Below are positions 11,529 through 26,178 of a stretch of DNA of 64,000 bases, piece by piece. Source of the stretch: Escherichia coli (GTDB lineage Bacteria > Pseudomonadota > Gammaproteobacteria > Enterobacterales > Enterobacteriaceae); the NCBI RefSeq assembly GCF_051903065.1, contig NZ_CP178438.1, one strand, 5' to 3'. Under the pieces are notes generated by a model. The model was not told the DNA's origin and did not search any database. It saw nothing but the letters and a program-made list of their open reading frames with translations. The translations under genes were made by a program, and so were the position numbers. Every line of letters starts with the position of its first letter. Position 1 is the stretch's first letter.

Positions 11529-12713
11529 ATGAAAAGGCAAAGAAACGTCAATTTGTTATTGATGTTGGTATTACTCGTGGCCGTCGGTCAGATGGCGCAA
11601 ACCATTTATATTCCAGCTATTGCCGATATGGCGCGCGATCTCAACGTCCGTGAAGGGGCGGTGCAGAGCGTAATGGGCGCTTATCTGCTGACTTACGGTG
11701 TCTCACAGCTGTTTTATGGCCCGATTTCCGACCGCGTGGGCCGCCGACCGGTGATCCTCGTCGGAATGTCCATTTTTATGCTGGCAACGCTGGTCGCGGT
11801 CACGACCTCCAGTTTGACGGTGTTGATTGCCGCCAGCGCGATGCAGGGGATGGGCACCGGCGTTGGCGGCGTAATGGCGCGTACTTTACCGCGAGATTTA
11901 TATGAACGGACACAGTTGCGCCATGCTAACAGCCTGTTAAACATGGGGATTCTTGTTAGTCCGTTGCTCGCACCGCTAATCGGCGGTCTGCTGGATACGA
12001 TGTGGAACTGGCGCGCCTGTTATCTCTTTTTGTTGGTTCTTTGTGCTGGCGTGACCTTCAGTATGGCCCGCTGGATGCCGGAAACGCGTCCGGTCGATGC
12101 ACCGCGCACGCGCCTGCTTACCAGTTATAAAACGCTTTTCGGTAACGGCGGTTTTAACTGTTATTTGCTGATGCTGATTGGCGGTCTGGCCGGGATTGCC
12201 GCCTTTGAAGCCTGCTCCGGCGTGCTGATGGGCGCGGTGTTAGGGCTGAGCAGTATGACGGTCAGTATTTTGTTTATTCTGCCGATTCCGGCGGCATTTT
12301 TTGGGGCATGGTTTGCCGGACGTCCCAATAAACGCTTCTCAACGTTGATGTGGCAGTCGGTTATCTGCTGCCTGCTGGCTGGCTTGCTGATGTGGATCCC
12401 CGACTGGTTTGGCGTGATGAATGTCTGGACGCTGCTTGTTCCCGCCGCGCTGTTCTTTTTCGGTGCCGGGATGCTGTTTCCGCTGGCGACCAGCGGCGCG
12501 ATGGAGCCGTTCCCCTTCCTGGCGGGCACGGCTGGCGCGCTGGTCGGCGGTCTGCAAAACATTGGTTCCGGCGTGCTGGCGTCGCTCTCAGCGATGTTGC
12601 CGCAAACCGGTCAGGGCAGCCTGGGGTTGTTGATGACCTTAATGGGATTGTTGATCGTGCTGTGCTGGCTACCGCTGGCAACGCGGATGTCGCATCAGGG
12701 GCAGCCCGTTTAA
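11529..12713 (+). CDS. emrD: Multidrug efflux MFS transporter
   Basis: 394-aa hydrophobic MFS ORF in conserved position. Confidence 0.92.
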   Translation: MKRQRNVNLLLMLVLLVAVGQMAQTIYIPAIADMARDLNVREGAVQSVMGAYLLTYGVSQLFYGPISDRVGRRPVILVGMSIFMLATLVAVTTSSLTVLIAASAMQGMGTGVGGVMARTLPRDLYERTQLRHANSLLNMGILVSPLLAPLIGGLLDTMWNWRACYLFLLVLCAGVTFSMARWMPETRPVDAPRTRLLTSYKTLFGNGGFNCYLLMLIGGLAGIAAFEACSGVLMGAVLGLSSMTVSILFILPIPAAFFGAWFAGRPNKRFSTLMWQSVICCLLAGLLMWIPDWFGVMNVWTLLVPAALFFFGAGMLFPLATSGAMEPFPFLAGTAGALVGGLQNIGSGVLASLSAMLPQTGQGSLGLLMTLMGLLIVLCWLPLATRMSHQGQPV

Positions 12714-12720
12714 GCGCACA

Positions 12721-13218
12721 TCATCGCAGCATCGTCATCAGCTCCATGGGAGAACGATGCTGCTTTATCAGATCACGCATCACCCGCATATGCGGTGCGG
12801 AGTAAGAATAAAACGCCTGATAGCCCGCACATAGCATGCTGTCTGGCGTCTCCTCCCGAGCGTGCGGACACAGCCGATGCCAGTCGCACGCCTGGCAGTC
12901 ACGGCGCGGGTGCGGGTTTTCGCTGCCACACCATTTTTGTAGGGTGGAGTCAAATAGCTCAATCGAGATACGACTGATATCTGCCCGCACCCAACACTCG
13001 AACAGGGCAATTAAAAATTTCCCCCACAGCTCTGCTGTCACCGAAGCGGCCGTCATATCGCCCCGGTCATCAAATTCAAGATGGGGAATAAGCTGTACGG
13101 AGCGGATGCCCCGCTGTTTGAAATTGTGATAAAAATCGGCAGGTTGCAGAGCATCCTTGTACTCTACAACCAGTTTATGCCTGTCCTCTTCAGCATCAAT
13201 GACCTGACTTCCTGTCAT
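12721..13218 (-). CDS. yidF: Cys-rich protein of unknown function (radical-SAM-maturase-like)
   Basis: 165-aa ORF, conserved position. Confidence 0.8.
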   Translation of the reverse strand: MTGSQVIDAEEDRHKLVVEYKDALQPADFYHNFKQRGIRSVQLIPHLEFDDRGDMTAASVTAELWGKFLIALFECWVRADISRISIELFDSTLQKWCGSENPHPRRDCQACDWHRLCPHAREETPDSMLCAGYQAFYSYSAPHMRVMRDLIKQHRSPMELMTMLR

Positions 13219-13577
13219 GCGACTCTCTCAATAAATACGATAAGTTGATGTATATGCGTTACAGCAAACAGTATTGCGAGAGATAACACCGCGAGGGAGA
13301 TCAAAAATTTGTCACGGACTACGTGAAATTGGGAAAAATCGCTATTCGTGACATCCATTAAATTGCGATTACGAGTGTAGTGCCAGAGGATCAGCGCCAC
13401 GATGGCGAGGATGCCAATCGAAATCCAGAATAACATGCCCGCCTGGTGCCAGTTGTGTTTGATAGCCAACGCCATCAACGCGCCGTAGCCCAGCATGGTA
13501 CGAAACCACGCCAATGATGTACGCTCCGGCTGCAGCCCTGGGTCGGCAATGCGTCTGGCTTTGCGGCTATCCGGCAT
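13215..13577 (-). CDS. yidG: Inner membrane protein
   Basis: 120-aa hydrophobic ORF overlapping yidF and yidH by a few bp. Confidence 0.8.
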   Translation of the reverse strand: MPDSRKARRIADPGLQPERTSLAWFRTMLGYGALMALAIKHNWHQAGMLFWISIGILAIVALILWHYTRNRNLMDVTNSDFSQFHVVRDKFLISLAVLSLAILFAVTHIHQLIVFIERVA

Positions 13578-13914
13578 ACAACACCAGTCCCATAACGATC
13601 ACTGCTACGACCATCAATATTAAGCTGATGATTAATAAGCTGTTGGTGTAGGGCAGGTCCTCTTTCAGACGCATCGCTTTTTCATTGCGTAACCAGCGCA
13701 AGTAGCCATACATCGCTAACCCGCCGGAAAACAGACACAACAACAACGCCAGCAGTTCGCGAATGACGGGCGTGGCGAAATCTGGCGCAAGTTGATCAAG
13801 CCCAACCCCCGCCGCCAGAAATCCTAGTGCAGTACGGATCCACGCCAGAAAAGTACGCTCATTAGCCAGCGAGAAGCGGTAATCAGGCGCTTCTCCGAGG
13901 CGGGAAATTTTCAT
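13567..13914 (-). CDS. yidH: Inner membrane protein (DUF202-like)
   Basis: 115-aa hydrophobic ORF. Confidence 0.8.
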   Translation of the reverse strand: MKISRLGEAPDYRFSLANERTFLAWIRTALGFLAAGVGLDQLAPDFATPVIRELLALLLCLFSGGLAMYGYLRWLRNEKAMRLKEDLPYTNSLLIISLILMVVAVIVMGLVLYAG

Positions 13915-14022
13915 TGTTGCTCCTTTGCAATTTCACTAACGCTCTACCTTTAGCGGTTTTTTTTAAGAATTTCGTCCGCCCGTTTCCTGATATGCTTTTG
14001 CCATCCGCTACAAGGAGGTCAG

Positions 14023-14472
14023 ATGGGTATCATAGCGCAAAATAAAATCAGTTCATTGGGCATGCTATTCGGTGCCATCGCTTTAATGATGGGGATTATC
14101 CACTTTTCATTCGGCCCTTTCTCCGCACCACCGCCAACGCTTGAAAGCATCATGGCGGACAAAACGGCTGAAATTAAAAGAGGTCTTCTCGCCGGAATAA
14201 AAGGCGAAAAAATTACCACCGTGGAGAAAAAAGAGGACGTAGATGTCGATAAAATCCTCGATCAAAGCGGTATCGCACTGGCCATTGCTGCGCTACTTTG
14301 CGCATTTATTGGCGGTATGCGTAAGGAAAATCGCTGGGGCATTCGCGGCGCGCTGGTTTTTGGCGGCGGGACGCTGGCTTTCCATACCTTGCTTTTTGGT
14401 ATCGGCATCGTGTGCAGCATTTTGCTGATATTCCTTATCTTTTCCTTCCTGACCGGCGGTTCACTGGTTTAA
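14023..14472 (+). CDS. yidI: Inner membrane protein
   Basis: 149-aa hydrophobic ORF. Confidence 0.8.
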   Translation: MGIIAQNKISSLGMLFGAIALMMGIIHFSFGPFSAPPPTLESIMADKTAEIKRGLLAGIKGEKITTVEKKEDVDVDKILDQSGIALAIAALLCAFIGGMRKENRWGIRGALVFGGGTLAFHTLLFGIGIVCSILLIFLIFSFLTGGSLV

Positions 14473-14518
14473 GCAGCCTGAATAATGCCCGCCGGGTGTT
14501 CATCAGCGGGCATTATCG

Positions 14519-16012
14519 TCAGAACTTCTGTTTTTTCTCTTCCACCTTCACCCCTTGTGTCGGTAGGCCGGTGTCATAGTCGCGTACCACTGGCGAATAA
14601 CCATCTTGTGGGCGTGGACGAAATGCCCCCATCCAGCGCGGCTGTGCATCTTTACGCCACGGACGCAGGCTCCATTGGTAACTGCGGAACGGATCGCGAA
14701 TTTTGTCCATATAATCCAATAAGGCATCATGCATTTTGCTGCGAACGTCGGCAAAATGGGCATCATCGATCAGGTTATGCATTTCATTTGGATCATTACG
14801 GCGATCGTAAAGTTCATCACTGGTGAAGAGGTTGAGCACCAGTTTAAAGTCATCCGTCACCCAGCAACGCACCGGAATAAAACCGCCAAAGCTGTCATGC
14901 TCAATCTCGTAGCGGTTAAATTCCACCATCACGCCGCGTGGCTCTTTCACGGCAAGGATATTTTCCCCCGGCAGAATCTCTGGTTTTTCAATATCTGCCA
15001 GCGCCATCATTGTCGGCAGTAAATCGATATGACTGACTGGCGTATTGACCTGTCGCCGCTCCCCTTGCGGCGAACGGATGATCAGCGGAATACGGGTGAT
15101 GTCGTCATACATCGCCGCTCCTTTACTGATCAGCTTATGTGCGCCCATCATTTCGCCGTGATCGGATGTATAAATAACCCACGTATTTTCACGTTGCTCT
15201 GGCGTTAAAGCATTGATGACCCGTCCTATTTGGTCATCAACAAAGTCATTACAGGCAAAATAGAGCGGATGGTGATAAAGCCCGTCATCACCGACTGGCG
15301 ATGGCATCGCCTGCGCCCATAAGCGGTGATGTTCTGGTTTGTTCGCCAGGTCATCCTGTGCTTTCTCGCCCAGCTCGTAGTAAAAATCAGCGTATTTCTC
15401 TAAATACTCCACCGGACAGGTGAACGGGTGATGCGGCTCATCATACGAAACCACCATCAGGAAGGGTTCCTCGGTGCGCGCGGGCTGTTGCAGAAAATCC
15501 ACCGCCCGATTGCTGATGCGGTGCGCCCAGGTGAAGGTTTCGTCGATATGGTTCGCCTGTAAATCCTCAACGCTATTTAGGCCATTGCGCCACAGGCTAA
15601 TCTCTTTCTCCGTCAGTTCGCTAAGATAGTTCGCCCCATCGAACCAGTAATCAGCATCCCACTCCGGCGGACACTCGCCAGTGCCGAAATAGTCATGTCC
15701 ATCGAGATGCCATTTGCCGATGTAACAGGTGTGATAGCCGGCATCCTTAAAGTAGCGCCCCATAGTGGAGATGTTTTTGCCTGGCGCGACGTTGTTGGTC
15801 CACGGGCCGGACTGGTTAGCGTAGATACCGGTGAATAGTCCGGCGCGTGCAGGCGTACAAACCGGTGAACAGGTGTAGGCGGAATTAAAGCGAATACCTT
15901 CCGCCGCCAGACTATCAATAGTCTGCGTATTCAGCGGGTTACCGCTATAGCACCCGACCATATTGGTGGCCTGGGTATCGGTCATGATGAACAGAAAATT
16001 GGGGCGTTTCAT
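14519..16012 (-). CDS. yidJ: Sulfatase family protein
   Basis: 497-aa ORF with sulfatase signature C-X-P-X-R (CTPAR). Confidence 0.88.
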   Translation of the reverse strand: MKRPNFLFIMTDTQATNMVGCYSGNPLNTQTIDSLAAEGIRFNSAYTCSPVCTPARAGLFTGIYANQSGPWTNNVAPGKNISTMGRYFKDAGYHTCYIGKWHLDGHDYFGTGECPPEWDADYWFDGANYLSELTEKEISLWRNGLNSVEDLQANHIDETFTWAHRISNRAVDFLQQPARTEEPFLMVVSYDEPHHPFTCPVEYLEKYADFYYELGEKAQDDLANKPEHHRLWAQAMPSPVGDDGLYHHPLYFACNDFVDDQIGRVINALTPEQRENTWVIYTSDHGEMMGAHKLISKGAAMYDDITRIPLIIRSPQGERRQVNTPVSHIDLLPTMMALADIEKPEILPGENILAVKEPRGVMVEFNRYEIEHDSFGGFIPVRCWVTDDFKLVLNLFTSDELYDRRNDPNEMHNLIDDAHFADVRSKMHDALLDYMDKIRDPFRSYQWSLRPWRKDAQPRWMGAFRPRPQDGYSPVVRDYDTGLPTQGVKVEEKKQKF

Positions 16013-17724
16013 AGGCTATCCTTTGCATCGGGAGTAAAGGTTACGGCTGGGTCGTGACGATGCCGCCAGCTGTCAAAAATCAGGTAGACAATCACTACGG
16101 CGGCAATGAAATAACTGATCATCGCTAACCAGCGCGTACCGTAGCCGCCGAATTCAGCCAGCCCGGCATAGACGCCAATCATCGCGAACAGGATGCCAAT
16201 TGACGCGATCTTGACGTTTTTCCACGGTTTCATGTCCACCGCAAACGCATCTTTGAAGGTGAACGGCGTGGCGCGCGGTTTGATAAAACCGATCACCAGC
16301 ATCACGACCACGTTGATGCAGAACGTACAGGCCAGCACATAGAGGAAATGGAAGTCGAACTTCACCAGATAGTTGATGGTGATGTAGCTGATTATGCCAA
16401 TCCCCATCGCCACTTTTGCCGCCAGCGCCGGGATGCGCGGGAAGAAAAAGCCCATAATGATGATGGTAACCAGCGGCACGTTGTAAATGCCGTTGAGCTG
16501 TTTCATCCAGCTATACAGCCCCTGCGGCGCGTTGGCGATCCACGGCGCTACCAGCACCGAAACGATAGCGATAAAGAAACCAAATTTGCGCCCGACGGTG
16601 ACCAGCTGCTGCGGCTCGGCATTCTGGTTAATGATGCGACGGTAAATACCCATACTGAATAACGTACTGGCGCTATTCAGAAAGCCGTTGAAGGTACTGA
16701 TCACTGCACCAAATAACACCGCGCCGAAGAAACCCACCAGTGGCACTGGCAGAACGTTATTGACCAGCGTCGGGTAGGCCATGTCGGCTTTCGGTAGATC
16801 CTGATACAGATGAAACGCAATCAACCCTGGCAGCACCAGTACCAGCGGGTCGAGCATTTTCAGCACCGCCGTTAACAGCGCCCCCTTTTGCCCTTCCGCC
16901 AGGCTTTTTGACGCCAGCGTGCGTTGCACGATGCCCTGATTTGTACACCAGTAAAAGGTGTTCACCAGAATTAAACCGGTAAATGCCGCGCCAATCGGCA
17001 AGGGATCGGTCGGGCCACCGACTGAGTTTAATTTCTCGGCGTGAACGGTGGTAATTTGCTCAATGCCCTGCATAAAGCTGCCCTTGCCCATCGCGATCAG
17101 GCCAAATACCGGCACCATCAACCCGCCGATAACCAGCCCAATACCGTTGATGGAGTCCGCCACTGCCATTGCGCGCAGTCCGCCGATCACCGCATACAAA
17201 ATTCCCGCCAGACCAAGCAAAATTACCAGTAGCCAGATAGCCGCACCGTGAGAAATCTGTAGCGATTCCCCGACGTGAAACAGGCTGTTGAGCGCCAACG
17301 CGCCGGAGTAGAGAACAATCGGCAGAAAGCAGACGCCGGTGGCAATGAGGAAGCAGAAGTCGATGATAATACGCGTCGTTTTATCATAACGTTCCTCCAG
17401 AAAATCGGGGATGGTGGCAATGCCGCGCTTCAGATAGCGCGGTAAAAAGATTAGCGCGAGGAAGATCAGCGTCACCGCTGAAGTCACTTCCCAGCCCATC
17501 ACCGACATGCCGCTTTTGTAGGCCTGCCCGGAAAGACCAACCAGTTGTTCCGTGGAAAGGTTGGTTAACATTAACGAAGCGGCAATAACCGGCGCTTTTA
17601 GTGAACGTCCGGCAAGAAAATAGCCTTGTTGCGATCCGGTATCTGTTTTGCGAACCTTCCACCAGGTGATGATCGCCACCAGCAGCGTAAAACCGACAAA
17701 ACTCAAGATTTGTAACGAATTCAT
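16009..17724 (-). CDS. yidK: Sodium:solute symporter (SSS family)
   Basis: 571-aa polytopic ORF; 4-bp overlap with yidJ. Confidence 0.88.
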   Translation of the reverse strand: MNSLQILSFVGFTLLVAIITWWKVRKTDTGSQQGYFLAGRSLKAPVIAASLMLTNLSTEQLVGLSGQAYKSGMSVMGWEVTSAVTLIFLALIFLPRYLKRGIATIPDFLEERYDKTTRIIIDFCFLIATGVCFLPIVLYSGALALNSLFHVGESLQISHGAAIWLLVILLGLAGILYAVIGGLRAMAVADSINGIGLVIGGLMVPVFGLIAMGKGSFMQGIEQITTVHAEKLNSVGGPTDPLPIGAAFTGLILVNTFYWCTNQGIVQRTLASKSLAEGQKGALLTAVLKMLDPLVLVLPGLIAFHLYQDLPKADMAYPTLVNNVLPVPLVGFFGAVLFGAVISTFNGFLNSASTLFSMGIYRRIINQNAEPQQLVTVGRKFGFFIAIVSVLVAPWIANAPQGLYSWMKQLNGIYNVPLVTIIIMGFFFPRIPALAAKVAMGIGIISYITINYLVKFDFHFLYVLACTFCINVVVMLVIGFIKPRATPFTFKDAFAVDMKPWKNVKIASIGILFAMIGVYAGLAEFGGYGTRWLAMISYFIAAVVIVYLIFDSWRHRHDPAVTFTPDAKDSL

Positions 17725-17890
17725 CTCATAGCCCTTATTTATGTTTATGTCCCGGACGCATGAATATAGGGAGAGGTAAAATGCGTCGGGTCAGGCAGTC
17801 AGATTCTTAAAATACAAACGTCGTATCCCTGAACGGATTGTTTTCTGTTAAGTTCAGGTTGTGAGCATAATTCGCCGGAGGGATATTAAA

Positions 17891-21719
<3,829 letters not shown>

Positions 21720-22014
21720 TTCCACATCCTCTTTTCTCAATTCTGTAAGTAGGAAGCCTGATTGGTTATGCGGCAGGCCTGGAGCGAGGATAGGAAGATG
21801 CGATCGGCAGAACATGACGACCCAATGGGATTCGTGATCGCTTTCATGCTTTTCGTTGGGCGGTAGAGATCTACGTTTTCGCGAAAAAGTAGACCTCTGT
21901 GAGCACAGGTACACAGCATCGAACACATCTTTAAAAATAAGATGTTTTTTCAATCGATTAAGCAGAACTTGTGGGCGCATTACCCGGGCTTGCAGGCAAA
22001 AAAGAGATCTAGAG

Positions 22015-22731
22015 ATGATCTACAAAAGCATTGCGGAGCGGTTAAGAATTCGACTTAATTCCGCAGATTTCACGCTAAACAGCCTTCTTCCCGGTGAAAA
22101 AAAGCTGGCGGAAGAGTTTGCGGTATCGCGGATGACCATCCGTAAAGCCATTGACCTGCTGGTAGCGTGGGGGCTGGTGGTCCGCCGCCACGGCAGCGGC
22201 ACTTACCTGGTGCGCAAAGATGTGCTGCATCAAACCGCCAGCCTGACCGGGCTGGTGGAGGTGTTAAAACGTCAGGGAAAAACGGTCACCAGCCAGGTGC
22301 TGATTTTTGAAATCATGCCTGCGCCTCCGGCCATTGCCAGCCAGTTACGGATTCAAATCAACGAGCAGATCTACTTCTCCCGTCGCGTTCGTTTTGTGGA
22401 AGGGAAACCGCTGATGCTGGAAGACAGCTATATGCCGGTAAAACTGTTCCGTAATCTTTCGCTGCAACATCTGGAGGGGTCGAAGTTTGAATATATTGAA
22501 CAAGAGTGCGGGATTTTGATTGGCGGTAATTATGAAAGCCTGACGCCGGTGCTCGCCGATAGACTGCTGGCGCGGCAAATGAAGGTAGCGGAACACACGC
22601 CACTGCTGCGGATCACCTCGTTGTCATATAGCGAGAGCGGGGAGTTTTTGAATTATTCAGTGATGTTCAGAAATGCCAGCGAATACCAGGTGGAGTACCA
22701 TTTACGGCGACTCCACCCGGACAAGAGTTAA
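22015..22731 (+). CDS. yidP: GntR/HutC-family transcriptional regulator
   Basis: N-terminal GntR HTH, C-terminal UTRA-like; start at ATG 22015 (238 aa). Confidence 0.85.
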
Positions 22732-24413
22732 CCGATACTCCAGAAGAGCACCGCCAGTAATTGGGGGGTGATAATGCGCAGGAACATCACTAACGGATAG
22801 ACAGTGGCGTAAGAGAGCGCCGCCGCACCGCTGGTTGGATGAAGATTATTAGCAAACGCCAGCGCCGGAGGATCGGTCATGGAACCTGCCAGCATCCCGC
22901 ACATGGTCAGGTAATTCATTTTGGCTAACATCCGCGCCAGAATGCCAACAGTAATCAGCGGAACGGCGGTGATCAGGGCACCATAACCAATCCAGCTTAG
23001 CCCTTCGCCATTGACCAGGGTATTCACAAAATCCCCACCAGATTTCAGACCAACGACCGAGAGGAACAGCACGATCCCCAGCTCCCGCAGCGCGAGGTTG
23101 GCACTTGGCGGCATAAACCAGTACAGCTTGCCGATACTGCCGATACGCCCGAGGATCAACGCCATAATCAGCGGACCGCCCGCCAGCCCCAGTTTCAACG
23201 CGGCCGGGAATCCCGGCACAAAGACGGGAATAGAACCTAACAATACGCCTAGCCCGATGCCAATAAACACAGGCAGCATCTGAACCTGTTGCAGTTTTTG
23301 CTGCGCATTCCCCAGCACATTGGCAACGGCATCAATTGCGGACGGACGCCCCACCAGATTGAGGATATCGCCGAACTGCAGGCTGATATCGCCACTGGCG
23401 ACCAGTTCGACCCCGGCACGGTTCAGGCGCGAGATAACAACGTCATAGCGTTCTTTAAAATGCAGGTCGCGAATACGCTTACCAAGCACGTTTTCATTGG
23501 TGACCACCACACGCTCGACGCGCAAATCAGTGCCTTTCGTGGACAGCGAAGTATCGACCTCCTGACCAATCACCAGTTGCGCATTATGTAAATCCGCTGG
23601 CTGCCCCACCAGATGCAGCAAATCGCCCAGTTGGATAATGGTATCTGGCGAAGGAACTTTTAGGGTTTCTTCGCGTTTCAGACGCGAGCAGATAATTTTG
23701 TCGCCGTTGAGAATCGGTACATCTTTAATGGCTAAATCATGCAGGTTAGGGTTCTCAACGCGAATATTGATAGTCCTGATCAGCGCGCCGCCATTGGTGC
23801 GTGAAGACTCGTGCTGCTGGGCTTCTGTCTCGACATTGACGCGGAAAATAACCCGCAACATCCACATGGTGAACAATATCCCGCAAATGCCGAATGGATA
23901 CGCCATCGCGTAACTCATCCCCATCTGATCGACCATTTCCATTGGTGTACCCAGGTCGCGCAAGATCTGCTGCCCTGCCCCCAGCGCTGGCGTATTGGTT
24001 ACCGCACCGGAGAAAATCCCCAGCACTACCGGCAGTGGAATATCAAACAGTTTATGCAGGATGGCGGTAACCAGACCACCGATGATGACGATCAAAACAG
24101 CAAACAGGTTGAGGCGTAATCCGGAGACGCGCAATGAGGCAAAGAAGCCCGGCCCTACCTGAATCCCGATGGTATAAACGAACAGGATCAGGCCAAATTC
24201 CTGAATAACATGCAGCATATCGCTACTTAATGTCATCCCCGCCTGAGAAACAAAATGGCCGACGATGATCCCACCAAACAGCACGCCGCCAATACCTAAT
24301 CCTATGCCGCGAAATTTGACGTTGCCGATAAACAAACCGACGACTGCCACCAAAGCCAGAATACTGACCGTTAATGCTATATCACTCATCGTCCATTTCT
24401 CTTGAGATAACAT
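22728..24413 (-). CDS. yidE: Putative transporter with duplicated membrane domains and central TrkA-C/RCK-C-like domains
   Basis: 561-aa ORF, AAE-transporter-like architecture. Confidence 0.85.
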
Positions 24414-24540
24414 TTTAATTGCTACGGATTATGGCTGAATCGGTGAAGCAGATTTGCCTTATAGCGCACATTATCACGGGAAAGAACGTGCCGAAATATC
24501 TTAAACAGTCGAAATTTAACGCATTGTTGAAGAAGAAAGA

Positions 24541-24569
24541 CAAAAAAAGCCCCACCAGAATGGTGGGGC
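24541..24569 (-). terminator. Rho-independent terminator after ibpB
   Basis: gccccacca-gaa-tggtggggc hairpin with T-run on the minus strand. Confidence 0.65.
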
Positions 24570-24584
24570 AAAGAGAATAGCTAG

Positions 24585-25013
24585 TTAGCTATTTAACGCG
24601 GGACGTTCGCTGATAGCGATACGCTGCGCTGCGATGGGTTCAGGCTCATTACGAATTAAATCAATATGCAGTAAACCGTTTACGAAAGTTGCGCCAGAGA
24701 CTTCCATATTTTCAGCCAGCGTAAAGCTCAGGCTAAATGGCTGATTCATAAGCCCTTGATGCAGCCATTTTTTCTCTTCTTTTGGCTGCTCCGGCGTGCC
24801 TTTTACGCTCAGGCGCGTACCTTCCAGTTGAATCTCTAAATCTTCCTGACGGAAACCTGCCAGCGCAAGGGTAATGCGGTAGTGGTTATCGTCGCTTTTC
24901 TCAATGTTGTACGGCGGGAAGCTCTGGCTTTCACCGGCGTTTTGCAGTGCGTTGGCCAGTTTGTCAAAACCGATCCATTGACGCATCAGTGGGGATAAAT
25001 CGAAGTTAGGCAT
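24585..25013 (-). CDS. ibpB: Small heat-shock protein (alpha-crystallin family)
   Basis: 142-aa ORF, paralogue of ibpA; start at ATG 25011-25013 with AGGAG 8 nt upstream. Confidence 0.92.
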   Translation of the reverse strand: MPNFDLSPLMRQWIGFDKLANALQNAGESQSFPPYNIEKSDDNHYRITLALAGFRQEDLEIQLEGTRLSVKGTPEQPKEEKKWLHQGLMNQPFSLSFTLAENMEVSGATFVNGLLHIDLIRNEPEPIAAQRIAISERPALNS

Positions 25014-25125
25014 AGTCATTTCTCCTTCTAAGAAGCGAGTAAGTACCTGCAAATCCGAAGATTCGCATATGCTCCCTGACGGCGAGCATGGAGATGTCAG
25101 GCCGCGCCAGGCGCGCCTTAGGGAA

Positions 25126-25539
25126 TTAGTTGATTTCGATACGGCGCGGTTTTTTCGCTTCCGGAATCACGCGTTCGAGATCGATATACAGCAAACCATT
25201 TACCAGGTTAGCGCCACGAACATGAATGTTCTCAGCTAACTGGAATTTGCGTTCAAAGTTGCGTTCAGCGATGCCCTGGTACAGATAGGTGCGCTCTTTT
25301 TGTTCGTCGGCGTGAGCACCTTTCACCACCAGCAGATTATCCTGGGCGGTAATTTCCAGTTCGCTCTCAGCAAAACCAGCCACAGCGATAGCAATGCGGT
25401 AATGGTTTTCGTCTACCAGTTCAACGTTATACGGAGGGTAGCCGCCATTACTCTGGCTCTGGTTGTTTTCTAAGTGGTTAAACAAACGGTCAAATCCAAT
25501 AGCAGAACGGTAAAGCGGGGATAAATCAAAGTTACGCAT
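25126..25539 (-). CDS. ibpA: Small heat-shock protein (alpha-crystallin family)
   Basis: 137-aa ORF; start at ATG 25537-25539 with AGGAG upstream. Confidence 0.93.
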
Positions 25540-25640
25540 AATCAATAGCTCCTGAAATCAGCGAGAATGTAAGACCTTCCACAATGGACAGGTCAGGTAG
25601 CCAGAACACCCATCAGGCGCGTCCTCATCGGCTACGATGT

Positions 25641-25671
25641 AAAAATGGGTCTGGAAATGAACTTTTCAAGC
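25641..25671 (-). promoter_or_regulatory. sigma32 heat-shock promoter of ibpAB (-35 CTTGAAAA, -10 ACCCATTTTT)
   Basis: Minus-strand read of 25641-25671 matches sigma32 consensus elements; long 5' UTR (25540-25640) follows, consistent with an RNA thermometer. Confidence 0.65.
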
Positions 25672-25844
25672 CTTATCAGCGGACTTTTTTTTGCAGTTTA
25701 TGGTCTATTGCATAGACTGAGGGGGCAGCACGAAACGTTAAAGTGCGATAGCCGCCACAGTGCGACGTAATGATGATGTTATTTTCAGCAAGGGATCGCT
25801 ATAACTCATCAGGCCAACACCCACGATCAACAGATGAATTTATT

Positions 25845-26177
25845 ATGATAAGAAATGTGTTGTTAGCGTTCATGATATGCAGCGGAATGACATTACTCGG
25901 AGGATGCTCCAGCGTGATGTCCCATACCGGGGGGAAAGAAGGAACGTATCCCGGCACCCGCGCCAGCGCCAGCATGATTGGCGACGATGAAACCAACTGG
26001 GGCACTAAGTCGCTGGCGATTCTCGATATGCCGTTTACCGCTGTGATGGACACACTTTTACTGCCGTGGGATGTGTTCCGCAAAGACAGCTCGGTGCGCT
26101 CACGCGTTGAAAAAAGCGAAGCCAACGCGCAAGCCACCAATGCGGTTATTCCACCGGCCAGAATGCCTGATAACTGA
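25845..26177 (+). CDS. yidQ: Small lipoprotein
   Basis: 110-aa ORF from ATG 25845 with lipobox LLGGC. Confidence 0.8.
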   Translation: MIRNVLLAFMICSGMTLLGGCSSVMSHTGGKEGTYPGTRASASMIGDDETNWGTKSLAILDMPFTAVMDTLLLPWDVFRKDSSVRSRVEKSEANAQATNAVIPPARMPDN

Positions 26178-26178
26178 T

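Noticed and set aside
21856-22014. N-terminal 53-codon extension of the GntR regulator ORF
   Set aside because: Extension overlaps the divergent promoter region; HTH domain begins right after the internal ATG at 22015
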